Positions 41,044-56,915 are shown, numbered from the stretch's first letter. The stretch is DNA of 64,000 bases from Eledone cirrhosa (GCA_964016885.1 OZ024740.1:224192001-224256000); one strand, 5' to 3'. The notes: generated by a model not told the origin, from the sequence alone. A program made the numbers and translations.

Positions 41044-41605
41044 TCATCATCATCATCATCATTTTACGTCCGATTTTCCCTGCTTGTAAGGGTGGGATGG
41101 GTCCTATTCAGCACAGCATCTCTCCACTTGTCACGGTCCTTCATCATCTCCACCATGAGCTTCAGCAATCTAAAGTCTGCTCTCACCACCCCCGCCCATG
41201 TTGTTTGTGGTCTACCTCTACTGTGTCTTCCTTCTACTGGGATTTCTTGGCACTTCTTTACCCAGCGGTCATCCTCCATGTGCATCACATGTCCATAACA
41301 TCTCAGCCTTCTCTCCTACACACTACAACTTATCCCTCTTAAACACAGTTTCTCTCTCAACTCATTCATGCTTGGTCATTCACGTACATTGACATTGCAC
41401 ATCCAGCGGGGCATACTTGCTTCATTTCTCTCCATCCGTTGCATATCCTCTGCAGTTGCTGCCCATGTATCACTACCATGTAGCATCGCGCATCTCACAC
41501 AGGCATCATATAACTGGCCTTTCATATGCAGGGAGAAACAAAGGAAGCAGCTCCCTAAACTTCTTCCAACCCGTCCTTATTCTAGATACTATGGCCTCGG
41601 AACTT
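41044..41605 (-). mobile_element. RTE LINE 3' fragment (short-UTR subfamily)
   Basis: HMEDDRWVKKC..VEGRHSRGRPQTTW..DRDKWR; (cat)n tail. Confidence 0.9.
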
Positions 41606-44536
41606 CATCAATAAAATTTACATCCACTTTCCATGACTGAAAAAGCTGGGTAAATTATTACAGTCCATGTCAAATTGTTCACATTTAATGCCCTTCTAGA
41701 TAGACCAGAGGAACCTGTCCTGTTTATAAGATCCAAGTTTTAGGTGTGAATTCTATGTCTGGATACCCTTCTTAACATCAACGTCTATAACAAATGCATC
41801 AGTTGCATTTTATAGTAACTGCTTCATAACAAGAAATGCAATCAGTAACAATGTTATACAGAATACAAAAGAGAAGGTTCCTGACCTTTGTGGTAGTAAT
41901 GTGTGTGGTATTATTGCCAAAACTAGGTAGCTGTAAACTTGAAAATTCCAGAAAATTATATTAATGCCAAGCATATGATGATTTCTAAACTAAAATAAGT
42001 GCATGTCAACATTTCTTTTGAGGATATGCTTTGCTAACAATCTATATTCTATCTCTATTACCTTAAATTTACTTGTGCTTTTGTAAGAAATTGATTTATA
42101 TGATGAACTCAAGGTATCCAAGAAATATGAAATTCTGAATTCTGGTCGTAATTGTCATTTTTCTTTTTAGAACTAATATAAAAGTTTTCAATGTGGTTTC
42201 TTTATATACCTTTTCCCTTAAAACTTCATTAGTTTTGATAATAATTAATGTTGTTTAGGCAGAAGTTCATCATATGTACACGTACAGGGCTGACATAGAT
42301 TTGTGAATAAGATGTTTATGTTCTATAGTCTGAAATGAAACAGGTGTTGTTAGTTTCTACTGAAGTTCTTGATTATTGTTGACAAATCTATCTATGTTTT
42401 CCAGTCTTACATATAATTTCTGAACATAGAAACATGCTACTACGATGAGGATTCTCTGTTAATATTACGTTTGACCATTCATCAACATCATCATCATCGT
42501 TTTTATATCCATTTTGCCATGCTGGCATCGGTTGGACTAATCCTTGTCAGCACAGATCCTCTCCATTCAGTGCATTCCATCATCTCCTCTGTGAACCTCA
42601 CCCTTATTAGCATAAATATTGTAGAAATTCTTGCACCACACATATGCAATCCAATGAACCAATATGAGAGCTTCTACCTATTTTCTCTACATGATAGAAG
42701 TAGAACCAAATCACTCTCTCCAATTAAATTCCGCCTTCTTAAAAAAAGAAAATTTGCATTGAATAATGTAGTCTGAGATGCTTTAAAAAACGACAAAATG
42801 GTCATGGCTGGAATACCTGCATGGGATGACCTAAAGATAAACAGCAACACCAACAATACCACACACACATGCGCGCACACACTTGTACACATACTCATGT
42901 ACATGCACACTTGTACAACACTACAAAACCTTAAGGTATGGTTTTGACAAATTACAGTATGTCAAGTTATTCCCTTTACCATATTTATTAACGAGCAATA
43001 GAGATACTCAATCAGCTAAATTATTGTTTACAACTTTAATTTTCAATGGCTCCAGGGATTTTGGTGCTTATAGAGACATTCAAGTATTTTAAACATTTGA
43101 AGATTCATTCATACAAGAAAATAAAAACGTAAATAAATGTATGATTGTTTTCCAAATACTTGGTTATTTTTCGCTTCTTTTTTTTATATCGAAGTTGAGC
43201 TGTATAATTATGTGGTGGTGCAGACTTTTATCATTCAAAACTTTTGCAACAAAATCAACAATTAGGAAACCACATGAGAATATTTTTTTATCAATACTTT
43301 TCTGAGTTGATAAACTGATTAAAAATGTTTGCAGTCTTTTGTCTCATGTTCCATATGTTGATCAAAGTAAAAACATGATGACTTGACTAGGCTAGGAATA
43401 ATTAAAGAAACAGTGTTGCAAGTTCAATTAGTAACAGGGAAAAAAAGATATATAAAAATATATTTTAAATTCTGTGTTTTATTCTGGCGCTTTGGGCTGC
43501 AGAAAAAAAGTGATTTGAAACATCAAAAGTAACACAATTAATGAATAAATTAATGTGAATATCAATCTCATTTTCACAATTGGTGAATTTAACTGATTTC
43601 TAAGAAATGTTTAAACTTAATCCAGTTTAAAAGATAGCATAATGGTTGCTATATATACTTTAAATAAATAAACTAAAAATACAAAGATAAACAAAGCAAA
43701 AACCCAATATATCTTCTATAAACCCCAGCTATTTATCAGCTATTAAATCTTTTAGCAAAACTCTTCACTGCGTTTTTTTTTCATTTTCATTTTGCATTTT
43801 TTAAGAACTTGTTTTCATAGATAAATGAGTTTTAGATACGTTACATAGACAAAGCCACTTGAATGAAACCGATATAAAACTTTGGAAATATCTGATGTTC
43901 AAATGAAAATAGGCTCAAGTTTCTTCCCTGATGATTAAAATTACACTTTGGCCCCAGAATACAGCCTGATGTGCAAATTAAGTATTTTCCCATAAGTTTT
44001 AGCTATATTCCTGTACTGAAGAAATGATGATAATTGAATAAACAAGCAGCAGAGTGTCTAATGTTGAGGTGTTGCAGAGAGCAGTTATCGAATTACCAGA
44101 TGAAAACATGTCACTATTGAAGAATAGGTGTTAAGCAATGAGAATAACGATATCATCACTTACATGTTATCAAACATAATATGCCAATATGAAAAAGAAA
44201 CAGGTGTGAATTGTCTATGTTAAAGTTAATGCTAATAACATTGATGAGAAAGTTCATGATTTCATTTGGCTAGATACATGGTCTTTTCTAATGGGGTTCA
44301 AATAGTATCCTAGTATGATGATATTATTAATCAAATTAATTCTATTAACTATAAAATTATGAAAAGTAAATTCAGCTCTTATACCTTTGCAGAATTGACA
44401 TCACTTGCAGACTCATTGTCATATAATGCATCATACCTTAGTTATATCCTCCTTATGGTTTATGCCTGTATATGATTTATTTAACATGGGTTGGTCTATA
44501 GTAACGCAATATGTATATATATATATATATATATAA

Positions 44537-44637
44537 GAAACACTTGGGGTCCAACAGCTGAGTTCTTGCCATTTTGACAGATTCTGGGATTAGCTGTTGA
44601 AATGGTAAGAGCTTAGCCATTGGGCCCCAACTCTTTC
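44537..44637. repeat. Old fold-back copy of the 23.1/58.9/60.1 kb hammerhead family
   Basis: ttggggtccaacagctgagttcttgccattttgacag pairs with ctgttgaaatggtaagagcttagccattgggccccaa. Confidence 0.6.
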
Positions 44638-45058
44638 TAAATACAGTCATACTCTACTATCACAAATATCGTCTTCTCTGTTGAATAATGGTCTAATTAG
44701 TTTAATACTTGTTTAATCCTGGTGTGTGTGTGGGGGATGCGTGCATGTGTGTGGGCATGTGTGTGTGTGCATTTAATAAAAATAATGATATATGTAAACG
44801 CAATGAATATGGCTATTTGGAGCAGCATTTGTCAATTATCTATTCCCTAAATGGAGGACTTTAACACTACGCACGATGATGTACATATATATATATTTAG
44901 TTTGACAGACAACCATATCAGATATCGTCTCTAGACAATATTAGTTTAAGTTGTAGAATTTTCAGTATATAAAATGTTATATTGTTACATATACATGCAC
45001 TGGAATGATTTGCTACAGACTACTATATAATAAAGATATACAAAGATACATTTTTTAA

Positions 45059-45278
45059 CCCTTTAGCATTTAAACCAGCAATATCTGACCAGAATTCTCT
45101 CACCTCTCTCTGTTCAAATTGGCTGTAACCGGCCCTCGTACTGATGTTATGGTATTGTTCTCTAAATAAATAATATCAAAATCTCATGGCTTTGATATTA
45201 TATAAGATAATTATATGAGATAAAGTGTTTACTTTGAAAATACAATAGTAAATATAGAGTAATATAAATGCTAAAGGA
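45059..45278. mobile_element. piggyBac-type MITE
   Basis: TTAA-ccctttagcattta ... taaatgctaaagga-TTAA: 14 bp TIRs with one mismatch and a TTAA TSD. Confidence 0.75.
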
Positions 45279-46029
45279 TTAAATATGACCTTTTAGATAT
45301 GGTAAAAACACAAATTCTTCTTTTTGGTGTCTTTAAGCATAACATACACTTCATGTTTAGCTAGACATCAATTTCGTTTTATGAACTAATTTTTTGCCTC
45401 AATTTTAGCATTATTATAAGTAGTTATTATAGTAGATACACATTTCTGTAACCCTAACCCTAACCTTACAATACAAGCTTAGATTGGACATTAAGGTTAT
45501 TAAGAATTCTGTCAACTTTTAAATTCTCTGATAAAACTAACAGCCTGTAAGAATTAAAAATGTACCTATAAATAAATATTTAATAAAATAAACATAACTG
45601 AAAATAAATTAGATGTTTAGTATATTTACAGAAATATAAACACTTGGGCCAAAAATACTGAGCTCATAAAATATTTCTTATTTAGGTACAAGGTCAGCAG
45701 TTTAGAAGAAGGGATAAATCAATTGCCTAGTAATTTATTTTATCAACTCCAGAAGGATAGAAAGTCAAGTTTAGAACAGTAGCATTGAAATTTAGACTGC
45801 AAAAAGCCCTCTGCCATCTTCTGATGCTCTAATTATTCTGCCAATTTGCCACCCTACTGTACTCTTATAAGGCAATTGGATAATAGATTTGGAAGTCTAG
45901 CGAAATGCAAAGCATATATTATACATAAAGCCTAAAAGAAGAATGTTGCCTCTAATCCCACATGTAATTTAATTAATTAATCCAACATTGACATATTTTG
46001 AAATATATTAAATGTGTCTTAGTAATAAT

Positions 46030-46216
46030 TGTTTCTATTTTAGGCACAAGGCCAGCAATTACCCAGTACATTACTGGTACTTTATTTTATCGACCCCGTA
46101 AGGATGAAAGTCAAAGTTAACCTCGGCGGGATTTGAACTCAGATCATAAAGGGATGTAACTCTTTGCCTCAAAGCTTGGTGTCCGACTCACTACTGATAC
46201 TGCCAATCAACCGCCC
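46030..46216 (-). mobile_element. tRNA-derived SINE (~185 bp family)
   Basis: Reverse complement of the 11619 family; perfect 18 bp TSD atgtgtcttagtaataat (46012-46029 and 46217-46234). Confidence 0.93.
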
Positions 46217-47524
46217 ATGTGTCTTAGTAATAATGTACCTTAATAATCCCAATTGATAACCTTCATTCAGTTATAGATGTTTAAAATACGATACTGGAAT
46301 GAAGATTGTCTATTTCATTTGGCCACTTGAATCCGGCACATAAAATGGCAACAAGAAATACATTTTAAAGAAACATAGGAAAGCACTTGTTATCATCACC
46401 ATCGTTTAACGTCCATTTTCCATGCTTGTTATATATGTTTTTAATATGTCCAAAGTGAACTTCAGATTAAAACATCTGTTAATTCAAAATTTATTTCAAC
46501 ATTCTTTTTATTGCACTGTATAATCTATGGAAATGGCAAAAAGAGAGAAGCCCACCGTCAGATAGGACCAAGAGGAATACTTTTCCATTGTTCCTTCCTT
46601 TGCTGATTGAAACTTTCGATAGAATTGTCACACCCTTTTCAATAGCAAGAAGAATGGTTTGAACTTAAAAGACACAGAGCTAGAGCAGATAATATGGAGC
46701 ATCCCATCTGACTCTTTAAAAAATCTGTACATCCATGTCCCTTAGACATTAATTAATGATCTTGAATCTGCTGATTATTCATTCCTCTCTAATCTTTTCG
46801 TGGCTGTGTTACTAATTAAATATACTCTATTTCAGTTAAGTTTTGTGGGGTTTGCAGTAACTTAACATATGGTTAAATATAACAAATATTTTGGATGTTT
46901 TGAATTTGAATAGAAACACTTTAAAATAGACGTTTTTTATCCATTCAATCAAAGTCTGTTTTGTCCACGCTGGTAACAAAATAGTTAAAATATGTATCAG
47001 CAGCATGAGTTTGTTTCTTCCAATTACAATTTTATATTGTCTTTTGTGAATCTATGATTTTTCAGCATATAAACAGTTTGAAGTTTTATGCATATTCAAC
47101 TAACATATCAAAACAAAAGTTTGAAAATCCATTTGTATTGATTAAACATTAAAAATAATATAGTTGTTATGATTTATTTGGTGTTAAAGCCTTATATGAA
47201 ACAGTTTCTCAACAAACATATTTATTGGGTTATGTCATAAATGTTCTTGTATAGTATCATTTATACAAATATAAATTAATGTTATAGTAGATTGAAATAT
47301 ATTTCTGCTTTATATCTTTATGGAGAAAAATAAAAGATGACAAGTATTTGTTAACGAAATAAGTTTATTTTAAGCAAACTATCACTATTTAGACACAATT
47401 AGCATGTGCAAATTTATCTATGCATTCAAAGATGAGAAATTTGAGATAAGACAACCAACAATAAAAATAACAGTAGATGTATGTTTGAGTGTGCAAAAGT
47501 ATTTCTATTCATATTTATACATGC

Positions 47525-47600
<76 letters not shown>

Positions 47601-47659
47601 GTGAGGTTTTTTTTACAAAATGAAAAATAACCGAGGTGTCCTACACGAGTGGAAGTATA

Positions 47660-47955
47660 AAGAAAAAGGGATGAAATCGAAAATGCAACTGAAGTCTTAT
47701 TTTTTTTTTAAATATATATATTTTTATTTGGTTCCTTTACCGGTTTCGCAGTTCTTCTGCTTTTCAAAAGGTGAGTTGAGATGGAGGGTCTGTGGTTTTT
47801 CTCACATCTGATGTGAGAAAAACCACAGACCCTCCATCTCAACTCACCTTTTGAAAAGCAGAAGAACTGCGAAACCGGTAAAGGAACCAAATAAAAATAT
47901 ATATATTTTTTAAAAAAATAAGACTTCAGTTGCATTTTCGATTTCATCCCTTTTT

Positions 47956-47958
<3 letters not shown>
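47660..47958. repeat. Near-perfect ~300 bp palindrome (1 nt spacer at 47809), PLE pLTR-derived
   Basis: Arms 47660-47808 and 47810-47958 are reverse complements apart from small differences in a T/A run. The sequence is homologous to the PLE end at 49505-49745. Confidence 0.95.
47847..47884 (+). ncRNA. Minimal type I hammerhead, U3:A8 core variant (mirror copy 47734-47771, minus strand)
   Basis: cctt-TTGAAAA-gcag-aagaa-ctgc-GAAA-ccgg-TA-aagg. All three stems pair; the core differs from CUGANGA only at paired positions 3 and 8. Confidence 0.75.
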
Positions 47959-48017
<59 letters not shown>

Positions 48018-48413
48018 AGACGTAAAATAAGAAAATTATAAAATTAACTTACTTACTAAAATATCACTTCCAACTAATTAGTTTCTGGAATGGAGTAAAA
48101 ATGCATCTGTATGTATATATATGTTACTAGATATGAATTCTTTATTATTATCTCCAAATTATTTGTCGAGCAATATTGGCCATGACTGCTGCTATGGTTG
48201 TAGGCAGGCCGCTGTCTTATTAGCAAACCACTTTCCACTGATTGACCTCGATGTCACGTGTTCGATTCTTTTTGAATTTGCCACAGACGTAGAGGCAGTG
48301 ATTTTCTCAATGGCTTGGAATCCAGTCCACGCTTCGCTATTTCCTATCCACTGAATTATTTTTTAATAAGTTTCCAGTGTCCTCGCTTTGCCTAGAAACT
48401 TACATGAGAATAG

Positions 48414-48496
48414 ACTTTCCTGACGACGGAATGCTTTTCCATATTATTCTTCGGAAAATATATTTACTCCATTCCAGAAACTAATTAGTTGGAAGT
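48414..48496 (+). ncRNA. Type I hammerhead ribozyme, unit 1
   Basis: actttc-CTGACGA-c-ggaatg..cattcc-a-GAAA-ctaattag-TT-ggaagt. Confidence 0.88.
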
Positions 48497-48936
48497 GATA
48501 TTTTAGTAAGTAAGTTAATTTTATAATTTTCTTATTTTACGTCTCTTATATTATTGTTCTGCAACCCCATGCATTGAACCACACTGTTATTAAGACAAAA
48601 CCTATATATTTGCTAGCATTGATATGCATCTGTATGTATATATATGTTACTAGATATGAATTCTTTATTATTATCTCCAAATTATTTGTCGAGCAATATT
48701 GGCCATGACTGCTGCTACGGTTGTAGGCAGGCCGCCGTCTTATTAGCAAACCACTTTCCACTGATTGACCTCGATGTCACGTGTTCGATTCTTTTTGAAT
48801 TTGCCACAGATGTAGAGGCAGTGATTTTCTCAATGGCTTGGAATCCAGTCCACGCTTCGCTATTTCCTATCCACTGAATTATTTTTTAATAAGTTTCCAG
48901 TGTCCTCGCTTTGCCTGGAAACTTACATGAGAATAG

Positions 48937-49019
48937 ACTTTCCTGACGATGGAATGCTTTTCCATATTATTCTTCGGAAAATATATTTACAACATTCCAG
49001 AAACTAATTAGTTGGAAGT
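48937..49019 (+). ncRNA. Type I hammerhead ribozyme, unit 2
   Basis: actttc-CTGACGA-tggaatg..cattcca-GAAA-ctaattag-TT-ggaagt; stem II fully paired in this copy. Confidence 0.9.
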
Positions 49020-49184
49020 GATATTTTAGTAAGTAAGTTAATTTTATAATTTTCTTATTTTACGTCTCTTATATTATTGTTCTGCAACCCCATGCATTGA
49101 ACCACACTGTTATTAAGACAAAACCTATATATTTGCTAGCATTGATATGCATCTGTATGTATAAATATGTTACTAGATATGAAT

Positions 49185-49219
<35 letters not shown>

Positions 49220-49315
49220 CTTCGTTTTAATCATTTTCTAACCCAGAAAAAAGAGAGAGAAAAATAAAAAGGAAAAACAAATTTGTTCTTCCTAATAATA
49301 GTATTTTCTCCCTGC

Positions 49316-49388
<73 letters not shown>

Positions 49389-49404
49389 TATATATATATA
49401 TATA

Positions 49405-51846
<2,442 letters not shown>

Positions 51847-51847
51847 T

Positions 51848-52777
51848 TATGCGAGCAAGAGTGGTTGTCTTGCTCGCATAGGACTGTCTGGCGGGTTTTC
51901 TACAGTTGGATGTCCTTCCTAACACCAACCACATTTACAGTGTGGGGCTGGGAGGTTTTTACCGTGTTGCCTACACGGCCACATTACAGCGTGGACTGTC
52001 TGGCAGGTTTTCTACAGCTGGATGCCCTTCCTAACACCAACCACATTTACAGTGTGGGACTGGGACGTTTTTACCGTGTTGCCTACACGGTCACATTACA
52101 GCGTGGACTGTGTGTCTTTTTTTTCGTGACACCTACACGATCTCATTTGTTTCGGCCTGGATTTTGTGGCACCAACATAACTTTACATTGAAAGGGGCGG
52201 TGTGGATGGGGTGGGGTGGGGGGTGTATTTTGTTAGAGATGCCTACTGACTGTAGTAGGTTTTACTTTGTATTTAGGTAACGCGGGTCTTCTCTGTTACT
52301 GAGTACCGCCAAAGGTCTCGGTCCAGTGACATTGTCTTGGAGAGGTGTAAGTGTGTGAGGTCGGAATTTATCAGCTCGTCCCAGGTTTTTCTGGGTCTGC
52401 CTACTCCGTGGCTACCATCTATCTTTATTGCCCTGCACTTTGTTATACAGCTGTCGTCTTTCATGCGCATCACGTGACCATACCAACGTAGCCTTCTCTC
52501 GAGTAAACAACATCTGATCCCTCTTATTTTTAATTTTTTCCTTAGTTCGTTTATGCTTTGCCGTTCGCGTATATTACTATTACACATCCAGCGGAGCATG
52601 CAAGCTTCGTTCCTCTCTAGTCTGCGTATATCCTCTGCACACAATGCCCAGGTCTCACTGCCATGCAACATTGCTGTTCGTATGCAGGCATCATACAACC
52701 TGCCTTTCACTTTTAGGGAGAACCCTTTAGCGGCTAATAGTGGTATAAGCTCTCTGAACTTTTTCCATCCAGTTCTA
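51848..52777 (-). mobile_element. RTE LINE 3' fragment, same subfamily as the 31.2 kb copy
   Basis: ORF 52273-52710 ([21 protein letters not shown]) is intact and closely similar to 31589-32053. The 3'UTR has an extra tandem unit and lacks the tail. Confidence 0.95.
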
Positions 52778-52811
52778 TATATATATATACATATATATAT
52801 TCATATATATA

Positions 52812-52869
<58 letters not shown>

Positions 52870-53284
52870 TATATATATGAATATATATACATACATTTAT
52901 GTATATATATATGTGTATGTATATATATATATGTGTGTGTGTATGTATATATATATATATATATATGCAAAAGGTAAACGGAAATAACAAAACAAATGGC
53001 ACAGTACACAGTACATAGTAGGAATATTTTAGTTTAATGCTTGAAATAGTAGGAAGAGGGTCTTAACATTTCGGACATTGTATTATATATTTCTAAAAAC
53101 AGTTTTATCAAAGAAGCCATGTGCTTTACATCCCTCAACCAATGACCTCTACCCATCCTCAAAATCCCCCCCCCCTTTTTCCAACCACCAAAAGCCATAC
53201 AAATACCACCTTATGATGACTTTCCTGGTGATTCCTTGAAATGAAACAGTTCTCATCATGTAGTTGCCATTTGTATATTATATA

Positions 53285-53600
53285 TCTGTATATATATAAA
53301 GGCGAAGTTTTCTGTATGTGTGTGGACAACTTTTAATGAGGGCTCTGATATTCTAAACCATTCATGCGATTTCTTTGAAATTTTTTACAGAGCTTCTCCT
53401 TGCATAAAACCTGTACATGATCTTCAAAGGCTTTCAAAAATCGATATTGGGGCCTTTGGAGACATTAAAACAGTTTCGGTTATTTGTGTAAATTTTCGTG
53501 ATTAAGTAAGACAAGAGTTATCTTTCGTAATTCGGCTCATTCGGATTTTAATTTACTTTTTGTACTTGAAACAAAAGGTACGCTTCCTTGAGACAAACAA
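53285..53600 (+). mobile_element. Possible Helitron 5' fragment
   Basis: a|TCtgtatatatataaaggcgaagttttctgtatgtgtgtg start and gatttctttgaaattttttac resemble the 38 kb element layout; no 3' end found. Confidence 0.4.
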
Positions 53601-53832
53601 TATCATTTTGTATATCTCACAACTAGCAATTTCTAACAGATTACTAAGTGAAGTTATAGATTTTATATCTAAGTTATATATTGAGTTAGAAACTTAAAAT
53701 AGTCTCTTACAATTAAATATCTCACCCTAGCTAATCTGGTCCCTTACGATTTGAACACATATATATACATATATCTATGTTTATCTTTATTTTATATTCA
53801 ATTATATATATATGTATATATATATATATATA

Positions 53833-55083
53833 TAAGCTGTCCATAAAGTCTCTTTACAACTTAAAAAATATATAACAAAAGCAGTTGATAAAATATCTTA
53901 ATCAGATTTATTCTATGTACTCAATAATTACCAAAGTTTTTAATCCCATTGCACTTGTGTATTTCAGGTGTACTGTTAAATAGCTACTCAAGAAAAGGCT
54001 CAATGTGTGTCATGATTTATTGAAACAAAATCGAATATTCAGATTCAGCGAAACTACAGAACTAAGTATGGAAGAGATACACCATTATGTCTGTCAATTC
54101 GTGCATGGCACAAGAAATTTATGGAGACAGGAATAGTGTTGGATAAATAGAGGAGTGGACGACCAAGGACATCTGAGGAAAATATTGATCGTGTAAGACA
54201 TCCTTTCAGTGTTCTCCTACAAAGTCCATCTGTACTGCTGCCAGACAGTTATAGCTGCCATGTTCGACAGTACAAAAAGTCCTACACAAGAACTTGCGAT
54301 TGTATTGTTACATAGTGCAACTCATACAGGCACTCGAGCCAAATGATAAACCAAGACGAAAAGAGTATGCAGTTAACATGCTGGGACGAATTTCTGAGGA
54401 TGAAACGAGTTTGTTTTAGTGATGAGGCAACCTTTCATGTTTCAAGTAAACTGAACACACATAATGTGAGAATCTGGGGATCAGAACACCCCCATGTGAC
54501 TAGGGAACTTTACCGAGATAGTCCAAAGGTGAATTTGTGGGATCATGTGCAATCGAATCATTGGTCCATTTTTCTACAAGACATCAATTACTGCAATTAT
54601 TTACCTTCACATTTTGAATGAATATGTGCCACCACAATTAGATGACCTTCGACCAACCATGATTTTCCAGCAAAATGGTGTTCCACTACATTGTTCATGG
54701 GTTCCTAAATCAAACATTTCCAGACCAGTGGATTGGAACGGATGGCCCATTCTCTGGCCACCTATTTTACCAGATATCACTCCACTGGACTTCTTTCTAT
54801 GGGGTTATGTTAGAGATATTATATATCGAACAAAGATACAAGACATCACTGATGTCATTGCCACCATTGATGAGGCTATGCTACAGCAAACATGGCAACA
54901 AATCGAATACCATCATGATGTGCTTCGTGCAGCTAATGGTGCCCATATAGAGGTGTATTACATCAGTTGAAAAAAAAACTTTAATATCTACTCCTCATTT
55001 TGTAACACTTTCCACGTATTTGTCTGTTCATTTGCTTTCGAAATATTTTTTTTAAATCGGAAAGAGCCTTTATGAACACCCTG
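53833..55083 (+). mobile_element. Decayed Tc1/mariner transposon, rosa (DD41D)-like
   Basis: TIRs taagctgtccataaagtctcttt and aaagagcctttatgaacaccctg with TA flanks. Fragments QEKAQCVS*FIETKS..QRNYRTKYGR, FSDEATFH..NTHNVRIWGSE, FQQNG and WPPILPDITPLDFFLWGYV. Second-to-third D spacing is about 39-41 across frameshifts. Confidence 0.9.
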
Positions 55084-55089
55084 TACATA

Positions 55090-55331
55090 TATATTGTTAT
55101 TCTTTGGGAGGGTCATGCTGCCAATAAACACATACACACCTGTTGGTTTTCTCTTCAGTTTATTATTAATTTGTGGTTGGTTTGTTGGTTCGATAACTGG
55201 ATGGTTGTTTATATATTGTCAAAGTGCTTTCATCACACATTGTGTGACCACCTCAGTGACCCTCCCAAAGTATAAGAATATCTGTTTCAACACATTTTCA
55301 GTTAAGAAATCTTGCAAAACAAATTAAAAAA

Positions 55332-55335
<4 letters not shown>
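55090..55335 (-). repeat. Inverted/rearranged copy of the 9.2 kb hammerhead repeat
   Basis: 55090-55260 is the reverse complement of 9215-9375 and 55257-55335 is direct to 9352-9430. Minus strand 55218-55260 reads gtca-CTGAGGT-ggtcacacaatgtgtgat-GAAA-gcac-TT-tgac. Confidence 0.8.
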
Positions 55336-55367
<32 letters not shown>

Positions 55368-56396
55368 TAAAATAACAGATTAAAGTTTAAGCAAAGAATC
55401 GCTGCTTTCACCCTTAACGGGATTGCTCTACGGTTCTTATATATTTGATATATATTTTCCTTATCGAGCCCTCTTTGGATTTTAGTCTTCAATTTTATTA
55501 TTATTACTATATATATATATGCACACGCACATACACACATATTCTAAATTATTAATATTTCCTACAACCCCCCCCCCCACACACACACACACGCACACAC
55601 AGAAAAAAAATGGAAATTATTCATCAAAAACATCAAAGATTGATGAAAACAAAAGAACATTATGGATAAACAAATTCATAAAGTATATCCATTATAATTA
55701 TTATACTGCTATTTAAATTAGAATATATTATAAAAAAATATACACTACTAGTTCAAATCAATAATTTCATTTATTTTTTTCAGTTGATTTCACCATAATT
55801 GAAATACATTTGCTTCAAGTAGTATATATTGTTCTGAAATATTTGTGTCAGGTGAGAAATAATGTTTCCACAATTACTTGACACTCTGTGCTAATGCATA
55901 TTTCAGTTCATTTTCTTGAAGACCATAAAGTAAAGGAACACAGCAATAATTTAGTTATTTAATAAAAAAAATATGTAATATCAGACTATTTATAATTAAT
56001 ATTTCACTTAAATGAGATCTAAAATACACGTATGTATGTGTTTATGTATGTATGTGACTATGTGTATGTGTGTATGTGTGTGTATATGGGTATGTGTGTG
56101 TATATATGTATGGGTTTATGTATGTATGTGTGTATGTATGTATATATGTATTTGCATATGTGTATGTATGTATATATATGTATATGGGTTTATGTATGTA
56201 TGTATGTATGTATGTATGTATATATATATATGCATTTGTATGTCTGTATGTATGTGTATGTATGTATATATATATATGTGTGTGTGTAAGTATGTATGTA
56301 TATATATATATGTGTGTGTGTGTGTATGTATGCATATGTGTGTGTGTGTATGTACGTATATATATGTGTATATGTGTGTATGTATATAATGTATAT

Positions 56397-56468
<72 letters not shown>

Positions 56469-56506
56469 GTATGTATGTATATACATTATATACATACACA
56501 TATATT

Positions 56507-56557
<51 letters not shown>

Positions 56558-56574
56558 ATATATATATATACATA

Positions 56575-56915
56575 GCATGTAGAGAAGTTGAAAGCAAGTT
56601 TCACAATGTGCTCAGAGATGAAGATCAGAGGCATGTGATGTTCTATATTACAAAGCAGTGTGTCAAGAAGTATCATGATGTCAGGGAGATATGACTTTGG
56701 AATGACACTGATGCACTTAGTTCACAGATATTCAAATGAAAGATATTTTGAACAGTTGTTATGAGAAGTTCCTGACTGTAGAATATAAATGGAATGTAAG
56801 AGAACTCGAACTAGTAGATTCAACAAAGGGACTATCTATCGATGATAACAGTTATATGGTCAAATTAGCCACCAGACTTATGAAAAAAGGAACAGCTGCC
56901 TGGCCATTAGGTTAC
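56575..56915 (+). mobile_element. Old RTE ORF2 fragment
   Basis: YEKFLTVEYKWNVRELELVDSTKGLSI..MKKGTAAWPLG aligns to EWEKDSLSHIDPIEG..MKTGKAAGPS of the 33 kb copy. Confidence 0.65.

Larger units (their letters stand above)
48013..49190 (+). mobile_element. Tandem non-coding hammerhead element: two 523 bp units, a partial third and a ~87 bp inverted head
   Basis: 48101-48623 repeats almost identically at 48624-49146. 48013-48099 is the reverse complement of 48463-48549. Homologous along its length to 30.56-31.16 kb and flanked by (TA)n. Confidence 0.93.

Noticed and set aside
45449-45466. (TAACCC)3 telomere-like repeat
   Set aside because: Too short to support an interstitial telomere.
48121-48877. 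Duplicated 77 aa ORF (MLLDMNSLLL..) in the tandem units
   Set aside because: It is identical only because the DNA is duplicated; the homologous 30.6 kb unit does not keep this frame.
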